This document shows positions 18,501-26,168 of a DNA stretch of 64,000 nt, one piece after another. Position numbers and translations under genes: made by a program. Position 1 is the stretch's first letter. Each line of letters begins with the position of its first letter. The notes below the pieces were generated by a model. That model saw only the letters and a program-made list of their open reading frames with translations, made no database searches and was not told the DNA's origin. The stretch is from a virus. Lineage: Duplodnaviria; Caudoviricetes. The stretch lies in the IMG/VR virus record IMGVR_UViG_3300028392_002123. One strand, given 5' to 3'.

Positions 18501-21500
18501 TTCTGCAATGGCATACATTTACAGCGCGGTGTTGACTATAACTATACTTCCAACATTGACGGGTATTATACCGGCGTTAATATTAATTCCAGATTCCTAG
18601 GCCAACGCATAGTTATTAGACAATGGGCGGCGACGTTCTCTAGTAGAATACCAGCAAGTCTTGCCAAGCTTGGACTTAGTCCATTATACATGCCAGAGAT
18701 ATATAGAGACGCTAGTTATTCAACTGACAGTTATTTTATAATCCGACACGATGGCACACGATATTATTTAGAAGACGGTGTTGACAATAATTTATTGCCA
18801 CGCGGCATTGTTGATGCATTGTTGTTTGAATATGAAAAAATGATATTCAGCAGTATTGCACACGACATTGAACAAATAGATCGCAGTCAATATATTGAAA
18901 GAACTCCTGGTTATTTTAGACAAACTAAACAGTCCCAGCAAGACGTTTTAAATTTTAAAAATGCCAGCACAGTTACTTGGCAAATAGAAAATAGTTTATT
19001 TGTCCTAAACAATGACACGTATGATACTAATAATAAATTTACCTATCGATACGTTATGCCAGAGCTCAGCGGATCTTGGAGAGCAGTATATAGATACTTG
19101 TTTGACACAGATCGTCCGCATACACATCCATGGGAAATGCTGGGTTACACATTAAAACCCGCTCAGTGGGACACATATTATAGTTGGACTGATCCCAGTA
19201 AACGTCAAGCACTGATTAACGTATTATTAACAGGAAGAAGAATAGGCACCCATGGACTACCTTATCTAAGCCGTTATGTAGAAGCTGTTGGCAACGTTTT
19301 CCCGGTGACCAATACCGGAGAACTATTAGCACCCATGGATGTGCCATGGATAGCTGAAAAAATTATCAACGTTAATTTTGATTCCGATTTTACAGTGGGC
19401 GAATTAAGTCCACAAGAATTTGTTTTCAAATCCACGCAACGAGGATTATCAGTAGAAGTCACAGCAACTTATTTGTTAAACGCATTAAAGTTTGTCAATG
19501 AACTATGGAGACCAGGATCTGTTAAAACTAATAGATTAGGCATTAACACCACAGCACAGTCAAATAATGGATGGAACACTGGATCTATTGATTCTAACTA
19601 TCATAGATCTACCAGCACATGTTTTACCTCTGGCATAGAAGCTCTGCTGGCCGAACACTATATCTTACAGAATAAAGATTTTTATGCTGATATTGTTGAT
19701 AAATCTAATCATACAAAAATAGTTAAAGAAATTTTACTATCTGGATTTACAAATAAGAGCAACCTGAGAATACAAAGTACAAGTATTAATTCACAGCGTA
19801 CTGCCTTATATGTTCCCGAAGAAAACTTCTCCGTGAGAACTGTTAATCATTATAAAGACAATGAATATTTTTATAGTGGACTGAGAATTATATGGACTGG
19901 CCAAGCTTGGATGATTTATGGATTTGTCAACGAGACTCCTTACTTCTCGGCGTATACTCCAAATCCTACCAGCACAATTACAAGTTATTCGATTGGTAAT
20001 TTTACATACAGAGAAAAGAATACATATAATAAAACTGTGGTAAGATATCCTTATGGACATTCGTTTACAGACAAACAAGAACTTTATGATTTTATCAAAG
20101 GCTATGGTTACTATCTAGAAGATCGAGGCTTTATATTTGATCAAGTTGAATCCAATGATTTAAAGAATTGGCAGTTGAGTGCCAAGCAATTTGCTTTCTG
20201 GTCCGGAGATCCTTTGCTGGCAGGAAATTATATTGACTTAAATCCAGCCGCAGATATAATTAAAATAAAAATTCCCCTGGGACAACTGGATAACCTAGTA
20301 GGTAACAATCATTTGCCGGGATTATGTGTTACACGTAACAACAAAGCATTGTTTAGCAAAGACTTGGTAGTTACTAGAAATACTATAACTGAAGTAAAAA
20401 CCAAGGATACTACCAATCCAATCTACGGCATTAAATTTACAACTAGTACCTATGAATCAGTGATTCATTTGGATGAAACCAGTGTGTTCAATGACATATA
20501 CTTTCTTGCCAATCAACGACTGTCTAAGCGAAGATTCCTAGTAGCAGGTAAAAAGACTCAGGCCTGGTCGGGTAGATTATATGCTCCGGGATATTATTTT
20601 TACAACAACAGTCTTTATTCTAACTTGGATAATATTGCAGATCAGGGTAGAAATTTCTTGTCCATAGAGGACACTACCTTGGATACTACATTAATTGAAG
20701 CGGCCAAGAGTCAGTTCGGCTTGGATAAGAATGCCGAACTTAGAGAATTGTTTTTAACAGAAGAAAGTGAATTACAGTTTAAGAATTCAGTGCCTTTTAT
20801 AAAAGGAACGAACAAAGTCTTTACCAGTTTAGAACCATTGACTCACACTGACGGAAGTTCTACTATTCCCTATAACGAATATCTTGTTAAACTAGGAGAG
20901 TTTGGCAGCACAGAAAAAATTCAATTCTATGAATTCCAACTAAGACAGTCCGACTATATTAATAAAAAACAAATTGTTAATTTTAATTTAGATAATACAT
21001 ACAGCAAAGATCAGGCACATAATATTACACGAGCAGACTGGGTTTATAAACCTAAAACTTCTGCGACCTTGGAATTTTTAACACTGGGACGACAGTCTAT
21101 GTTAGAAACAACAGGACCTGTGGCCGGCAATGACACAAACTATAGTATTCAAACATTGGACGACATTGATTTAATGTACAACGAATTTAAAGCACTTTGG
21201 TCTATACCCAACTTTGACAGTACTAAGTCTTATGCCGCAGGCGATCTAGTGAGAATTGCAGATCCAAGTGCTGGCGCCAGTATTCGCGGTAAAGTATATG
21301 TTTTTGTCAGCAGTCAAGGCCCAAAAAATCTTTCATCGCAGTTAGATTATTTACAGCATGTATATGAGCCATATCTTCCTAATTTCTTTGTAAACAATTA
21401 TTCTTTAAAGAATACACAACTATCTACAACCAATAAAATTTATCCTCCTGCCACTTGGCAAGTCATGCAGACCACAGATGCTAATCTTGTTATCAAAGAA

Positions 21501-24500
21501 GCCTGTCCAGGTCTAGCAGATAACAGTAAAGTTCAAATTGAAACTATAGACAACCACTATCTAAGAACCGGCGACAAAGTATTAATTGTCAACACAGACC
21601 AAACATGGGGTAGTGTCAATGGTATTTGGACTGTGGAGCGTATAGATGATAAGAATTTCTATATTCCTAGTAAGTTAACTAAGAAAATCTATGTAGGCAA
21701 AGTGTTTACATTTAAAACTGTGAGGTTTGCCACTCAATCAGATTTATCCGTGGCTCTGCAACAGCAAAATGGATATCGCTGGTTTAACAGATTATCAACC
21801 ACAGAAAGTAGCCTAGGTCTGCCGTCAGCTTTAAATAATTTACCTAAAACGCTGTCTGGATATTCTCAGGTCAAACCCCTGGTCATTGTTGACCAAGCAG
21901 TCAGTGTACCGGAACCAGCAACATCCTGGGATACTGGTGGATATATTTCTTATCAAATTAATATTGCAGGCAACGGACAAATATCCTTGTCTATTATTAA
22001 AAATGAACAACTGCCAGTACTGGCCGAAGATATCGAACATGTTATAATATGGGATCATGCCACAAAACAAACTGTGGCAAAAATAGAACTATTTGATCCT
22101 ATTAGATTGGTTATTCCAAAAACTTTTACACGAGAAATAGATGTAATTAATCGTGTTGACCCTGCAAGATACAATAGAACTAGCAGTGAATACAAAGCAG
22201 TATATAGTAGCACAGCATGGTACGATGAAAAAGTAGGCAAGCGTTGGTGGGATACTAGTACTGTAAAATTTACCGACTATAAAATCGGTGGCGCAGTAGA
22301 ACGTTCACTAAAATGGGCCTTAGAGAATTCGGGCTCCACAGTGGACGTATACGAATGGACTAAGAGTTCAGTACATCCTGCTCAGTGGGCAGATTCTGTT
22401 AGAGCAAAAACAGAAGTATATGGACAAGTTGCCACAGGCTCGGCCTATTCTGAAATAATAAACGGCGGCCCTGCATATAATTGGACTGAAACTGAAGATT
22501 ATGTCAATGGTAAAACTGTCAAAGTTTATTATTTCTGGGTTAGAAATAAAACTACTATTAACTTAAATTCTACAAGAACTCTAACAGCATATCAATTATC
22601 TAAATCAGTGCTGGACCCTACTGCGGCAGGTATACCTTGGTGTACACCATTGACCAAAGATACTATGATGTTTGTGGGCTTGGAAAATATACTGTCAGAA
22701 ACAACAGTGGTACAAATTAAGAGAAAATCTACATTCGCTCATAAACATCAACAATGGATGTTCATTGCCGACTACAACTCTTCGCAGACAATTCCAGAAT
22801 TCCTGCATATACGTCTACGAGATAGTTTGGCCAGTGCAATTTTCGATGAAAAGTATTATGGCGCCCCTTATAACAAAATTATGTACTTGGAAAGACCAGT
22901 ACCTGATCATAGATTACATCCCTTAAATCGTTTGGGAAATTCTATTAGACCATATGCACAGTCTTGGTTCATTGATTTATACGAAGCAAGAAGAACATTG
23001 ATCAAAGAAGCCAACATTGTATTGAAAAATATCGATGTTATAAATTCTATAGCCGGCTGGAATAGACACTTAAACGATGCTGTTAGTATCGGAGAAGAAA
23101 CAGTGGATGTAACACAGTGGTGGAGCTATGTTGATTATACCAGCATTGCCTATGATCCAACCAAGAGCGTCGCTGTGGTGGTTGGCAATAACCATGAAGC
23201 TATCATTGAATCAAACAATGTATCGTCGGGACAATATATTAAGGTTGCCAATGCACTTAATCAAACAGATGTTATCTATGAAAAAACAGACAATGGACTG
23301 GTTGTTGTTTGGCGCAAAGATGGCACAATAGCATTCAATGAACTGAGTAGAGATACCTATGATAAGAGAACATGGGACGGTGCTCCCTGGGATCATTATA
23401 CATGGGACGACGATTTAAGTTTGATATTCTATTGTATCATGGAAGCCCTGCGTAGAGATCTTCTTGTTATAGACTATCAAAAGTATTATAACAAATTAAT
23501 GTGTGTTATGTTCAGACAGGTATTGTCAGAACAGTTCCATGTTGATTGGTTAACAAAGGCCAGTACAATTCAGCCTTATAATTTACTGGGCGCAGACCTA
23601 AGAGAACGAGTTGAATTGGAGCGTGACAGTTCCGGTACGTTGATCAATTACTTTAAAAATGTAAAGAGTTTTAGGGACAAGCTCAGAGACAGCGTTATAA
23701 CTAAGAATATATCTTCGCCATTGGATATTAATATCAACGATCCTCACGCAATGAATATTGTTTTAACCTACGACAGACACGGTTTGGGCAATAACACAGA
23801 TGCAGTTATCACAGGCCTGCCTTTTGTTGACATTGGCTGGGATGATGAACAAGCACCATGGGACAAACTTCCACTGGATCCTATAGAGTCTAGCTATGAT
23901 TATCTATTAGAAAAGATTTACACAGGATTATCGGGTATACCTGCCGAAGTTGTAGCACAGAATATTGCAGGCCCTACTTATAGCAAGTATAAATTAAATA
24001 CTAATCTAGGTGAAGAATTAGTAAATTGTTATATCAATGAATCTAATGTTATCATCGATGTTGAACATTACTTTGACACTACTCAGACTTCGGTCAAAGT
24101 TAGAACTTATTATAATAATCAAACAGTTAGACACGTCATGATGATTGACAGTAAGTCTGCGATGTTAGTAGATGATCTAACTGATGAAACTACATTTATA
24201 AAAATTTCGCCCGATGATATTAATAAATTACCTGAAGCAACCATTGATAGCCCACAGGCTATTTGGATTGACAATGAAAAAATCTTGTATTTTATCAAGA
24301 CGGAAACAGGTATTACTAGATTGATTAGGGGTGTATCCGGTACAAGCATAACTGACCACTCTGCGGGCTCAACAGTTTATGTGGAAACTGCGGAAACAGT
24401 CTTGCCTTATAATAAAGACTTTATCAGCTCGCATACCACTGGACCGTTCTTCAGCGATCAGGGAGAATCATTAGATTCTAGCACAAACTCAGTGTCGAAG

Positions 24501-24524
24501 ATACTTAAAAGCAATGCAGGGTGA
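15549..24524 (+). CDS. Giant (2991 aa) baseplate/virion structural protein
   Basis: Directly after gp6 with a 1-nt overlap; HTHPWEMLG and HKHQQW segments and repeated WD..PWD motifs. The gp25-gp6-giant protein order matches what I recall of RAK2/GAP32-like jumbo myoviruses. Confidence 0.75.
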   Translation: MSKISNIPGEEPSRSIKNEDLLPVVFRTDINKKMLDSSANLMTSKGKMQPFYQSYGTQNASDVAGKFLTEDNNIVRKESQTNLAINYYDSNDEYKGKFSYIDLDNYFKIQGLPLKDGVDLDKDVKSLQLPISQFRTTDYQLYYWLPEGLPPFRIHVEDRGTGIRLAVADNIVGKPFAILTDDTSGKTVTLSNYQKIFFTGAVDDAYRSQDPESPVVYIVLNVGNSIRLVPESFYEKRANTTAYTKLPWDEDSGEPPYMGKEWAAAPWDTSRYLNLEPEYVLVEQYAGDRNPWSIINCWYHVSRIREVMNFYDLKLEDYISEKNRAQRPIIQLSAGTKLFNWPTTWITEVETVIEGTKNKHSGIHISMIKDRYDHPIAEGKLVAFTEEATIYRLSTVVQDNQHLSVWTPTQYVGTDGAGVFVVGATTIRYYSFIFKNNKWQPAQNKIQPNQCPLIDVFDENGVSYSDSSVYYNSNFAGARVLDFAPGTTYDPVLKRNIKLSDIEFDALPTVSDVLLSGPNQLQMVTDIDRVWSYDVDINEKSTSGVNYYKFFNVLNSFWNQRTGLDITMSEQVIEYTEDTDLMFSAETTAPVDGFNTIHVFENENRETNLYFYLKDYGMVPYTSRRGSNLKELILPVISSDLYSEYRIVCHNLSLPLALYENKLVDGYSQPVLLPEPIVQNNNISHGVITVNLESTYIDSSLVVQTNPISADDSKFLWNYNNQWRLAITRPIDKFKFITNAFLRDRTVPLYNGFDYRNATNSQTATGIDVIEATKSLSKKALVGDKIVIESPALVSGKKTAPYALSSNPGNEGLSNLDYYSVYQHLTFEQSTSPNSREFLDPGNTDGTYNALLVPLGSGTIHKHNQPIGLFGLLSANTELDLIDTITKQARHYDTFMSRFKADLQQAINRAEDLSTANYQNILTVALESVYVNQVEDTFWHHSNMIGWGIDYKENSTTLTDNNYAFVYPIESISFGAGKELLTHIFCNGIHLQRGVDYNYTSNIDGYYTGVNINSRFLGQRIVIRQWAATFSSRIPASLAKLGLSPLYMPEIYRDASYSTDSYFIIRHDGTRYYLEDGVDNNLLPRGIVDALLFEYEKMIFSSIAHDIEQIDRSQYIERTPGYFRQTKQSQQDVLNFKNASTVTWQIENSLFVLNNDTYDTNNKFTYRYVMPELSGSWRAVYRYLFDTDRPHTHPWEMLGYTLKPAQWDTYYSWTDPSKRQALINVLLTGRRIGTHGLPYLSRYVEAVGNVFPVTNTGELLAPMDVPWIAEKIINVNFDSDFTVGELSPQEFVFKSTQRGLSVEVTATYLLNALKFVNELWRPGSVKTNRLGINTTAQSNNGWNTGSIDSNYHRSTSTCFTSGIEALLAEHYILQNKDFYADIVDKSNHTKIVKEILLSGFTNKSNLRIQSTSINSQRTALYVPEENFSVRTVNHYKDNEYFYSGLRIIWTGQAWMIYGFVNETPYFSAYTPNPTSTITSYSIGNFTYREKNTYNKTVVRYPYGHSFTDKQELYDFIKGYGYYLEDRGFIFDQVESNDLKNWQLSAKQFAFWSGDPLLAGNYIDLNPAADIIKIKIPLGQLDNLVGNNHLPGLCVTRNNKALFSKDLVVTRNTITEVKTKDTTNPIYGIKFTTSTYESVIHLDETSVFNDIYFLANQRLSKRRFLVAGKKTQAWSGRLYAPGYYFYNNSLYSNLDNIADQGRNFLSIEDTTLDTTLIEAAKSQFGLDKNAELRELFLTEESELQFKNSVPFIKGTNKVFTSLEPLTHTDGSSTIPYNEYLVKLGEFGSTEKIQFYEFQLRQSDYINKKQIVNFNLDNTYSKDQAHNITRADWVYKPKTSATLEFLTLGRQSMLETTGPVAGNDTNYSIQTLDDIDLMYNEFKALWSIPNFDSTKSYAAGDLVRIADPSAGASIRGKVYVFVSSQGPKNLSSQLDYLQHVYEPYLPNFFVNNYSLKNTQLSTTNKIYPPATWQVMQTTDANLVIKEACPGLADNSKVQIETIDNHYLRTGDKVLIVNTDQTWGSVNGIWTVERIDDKNFYIPSKLTKKIYVGKVFTFKTVRFATQSDLSVALQQQNGYRWFNRLSTTESSLGLPSALNNLPKTLSGYSQVKPLVIVDQAVSVPEPATSWDTGGYISYQINIAGNGQISLSIIKNEQLPVLAEDIEHVIIWDHATKQTVAKIELFDPIRLVIPKTFTREIDVINRVDPARYNRTSSEYKAVYSSTAWYDEKVGKRWWDTSTVKFTDYKIGGAVERSLKWALENSGSTVDVYEWTKSSVHPAQWADSVRAKTEVYGQVATGSAYSEIINGGPAYNWTETEDYVNGKTVKVYYFWVRNKTTINLNSTRTLTAYQLSKSVLDPTAAGIPWCTPLTKDTMMFVGLENILSETTVVQIKRKSTFAHKHQQWMFIADYNSSQTIPEFLHIRLRDSLASAIFDEKYYGAPYNKIMYLERPVPDHRLHPLNRLGNSIRPYAQSWFIDLYEARRTLIKEANIVLKNIDVINSIAGWNRHLNDAVSIGEETVDVTQWWSYVDYTSIAYDPTKSVAVVVGNNHEAIIESNNVSSGQYIKVANALNQTDVIYEKTDNGLVVVWRKDGTIAFNELSRDTYDKRTWDGAPWDHYTWDDDLSLIFYCIMEALRRDLLVIDYQKYYNKLMCVMFRQVLSEQFHVDWLTKASTIQPYNLLGADLRERVELERDSSGTLINYFKNVKSFRDKLRDSVITKNISSPLDININDPHAMNIVLTYDRHGLGNNTDAVITGLPFVDIGWDDEQAPWDKLPLDPIESSYDYLLEKIYTGLSGIPAEVVAQNIAGPTYSKYKLNTNLGEELVNCYINESNVIIDVEHYFDTTQTSVKVRTYYNNQTVRHVMMIDSKSAMLVDDLTDETTFIKISPDDINKLPEATIDSPQAIWIDNEKILYFIKTETGITRLIRGVSGTSITDHSAGSTVYVETAETVLPYNKDFISSHTTGPFFSDQGESLDSSTNSVSKILKSNAG

Positions 24525-24525
24525 T

Positions 24526-24555
24526 TAAATATGCAGTTAATTAATTTGATAAATA
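24526..24555 (+). promoter_or_regulatory. Two TAAATA motifs (24526-24531, 24550-24555) in the intergenic gap
   Basis: Followed by the GGAG RBS at 24561-24564 and ATG 24571. Confidence 0.5.
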
Positions 24556-24570
24556 CCATTGGAGAAAATA

Positions 24571-25200
24571 ATGATTGATCTAGCAAATATAAATGTAGAC
24601 GGATTCGTAAAAATTTGGGATCCGATTACCGAAGAAATTTTTGTTGAAAAGCATAATGCTATCAACCCAGAAGTTATAAGCTATGTGTTCGCACGTATGC
24701 TTCAAGCCAATACCAGCCAATATATAACAGAAATGCATTTTGGCAACGGCGGCATTGTAGTTGACACTACCAGTAACATTACATATAAAGATGTAGAATT
24801 AAATTTAGAAACAGGTTTTGGTGCTAGTTTATTCAACCCAACATATTTTAAAGTAGTTGATACAGCAGACACTGAAAACAACGATGATATTACAAGAAAC
24901 AAAGTGGATCTTGTACACGTAAATGGTTTACACTATACAGATCTAGTTGTGACTTGTACATTGGATTCTGATCAGCCCAAGGCCGCAGACATTGGAAATC
25001 TTGTACAACAAACACAGATGTCCTATGATAATGGAAATTTAACAGGAAACTTTGTATTCAATGAACTAGGCCTCAAGCTCAAAGGAGCAGATGGTATAAA
25101 CACAGGATATCTAATGAGTCATATTGTGTTTCATCCTGTACAGAAGAGTGCAAACAGAACAATTCAAGTGGTCTATACTTTGAGAATAAGATTGGCCTAA
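24571..25200 (+). CDS. Baseplate / tail-fibre attachment protein (putative); start revised to ATG 24571
   Basis: EKHNAI...EMHFGNGG...VTCTLD...FVFNELGL...SHIVFHPVQKSANRTIQVVYTLRI; sits between the giant baseplate gene and the tail protein; GGAG RBS. Confidence 0.55.
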   Translation: MIDLANINVDGFVKIWDPITEEIFVEKHNAINPEVISYVFARMLQANTSQYITEMHFGNGGIVVDTTSNITYKDVELNLETGFGASLFNPTYFKVVDTADTENNDDITRNKVDLVHVNGLHYTDLVVTCTLDSDQPKAADIGNLVQQTQMSYDNGNLTGNFVFNELGLKLKGADGINTGYLMSHIVFHPVQKSANRTIQVVYTLRIRLA

Positions 25201-25213
25201 TTTACAAAAAAGG

Positions 25214-25219
25214 TAAATA
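25214..25219 (+). promoter_or_regulatory. TAAATA late-promoter-like motif
   Basis: In the 41-nt gap before ATG 25242. Confidence 0.45.
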
Positions 25220-25241
25220 TAAGAATAAAGGAATTAGATAA

Positions 25242-26168
25242 ATGGCATATGATATAAACTTATCAGACGGTTCTAGACTAACACTGATCGCTGATAGAAC
25301 ATTAGATACCACAAGTAGCATTAAACTCTTGGGAAGAAATTACCCGGGTTACGGCGAAATTATGGCAGAAAACATGGTTCAAATGTTGGAACATTTTTCT
25401 AAAGACACTGAGCCATCTAATCCAATACGCGGCCAAGTTTGGTACAACACAGTAACTGAAACACTTAATGTATACAATGGTGATCGTTGGAGTTATGCTG
25501 GCGGCGCTGGCAATTTTAATGCTAATACAACGGCAGTTGACGCTACACCTATCGTAGACACACTGGGCAGATCGCATCATGCAATTAAATTTAAAGTAGG
25601 CGGTATAGTTGTTGCAGTTTTTAGTTCTGAAAGTATATTTTATACACCGGCTAATAACACAGGTATAGCCAATGCATTTCCAACAATTGGTCCTGGTATT
25701 AACTTGAACGTGGCCAATGGCGGCGACGGCAATTTGAGCAACTTCAAAGTACGAGGTCGTGCCATTGAAGCAGAATTTGCTGACTTGGCAGAAGTCTACG
25801 AAGCAGACATGCCATTATCTCCCGGCGATGTTGTTAAACTAGGCGGCGCCAAAGAAATTACTTTAAATGATGAGGAAAACGGTATCAACGTGTTTGGTAT
25901 CATTTCTACAGATCCTGCGTTCTTACTAAACAGCATAAACAAAGCAAAAGATTTACACTATCCAGTGGCACTAACAGGTCGTGTTCCTGTTAAAGTTATT
26001 GGTCCAGTTGAAAAAGGCAATAGAATTGTTGCCAGCAATGTACCTGGAGTTGCTCGTGCAATTCCAAACAAAGACATTAAATTTGCACTTCAAATCATTG
26101 GTCGTGCAATTGGATCCAAGGACACTGACGAAGTAGGCACAGTAGAAGTAGTTGTAGGAGTTAAGTGA
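25242..26168 (+). CDS. Short tail fibre/appendage-like protein with C-terminal peptidase G2 (IMC)-like autocleavage domain
   Basis: N-terminal LLGRNYPGYGEIMAENMVQMLEHF...PSNPIRGQVWYN; C-terminal FADLAEVYE...GDVV...GIISTDPAFLLN...PVALTGRVPVKVIGPVEKG. Confidence 0.7.
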   Translation: MAYDINLSDGSRLTLIADRTLDTTSSIKLLGRNYPGYGEIMAENMVQMLEHFSKDTEPSNPIRGQVWYNTVTETLNVYNGDRWSYAGGAGNFNANTTAVDATPIVDTLGRSHHAIKFKVGGIVVAVFSSESIFYTPANNTGIANAFPTIGPGINLNVANGGDGNLSNFKVRGRAIEAEFADLAEVYEADMPLSPGDVVKLGGAKEITLNDEENGINVFGIISTDPAFLLNSINKAKDLHYPVALTGRVPVKVIGPVEKGNRIVASNVPGVARAIPNKDIKFALQIIGRAIGSKDTDEVGTVEVVVGVK

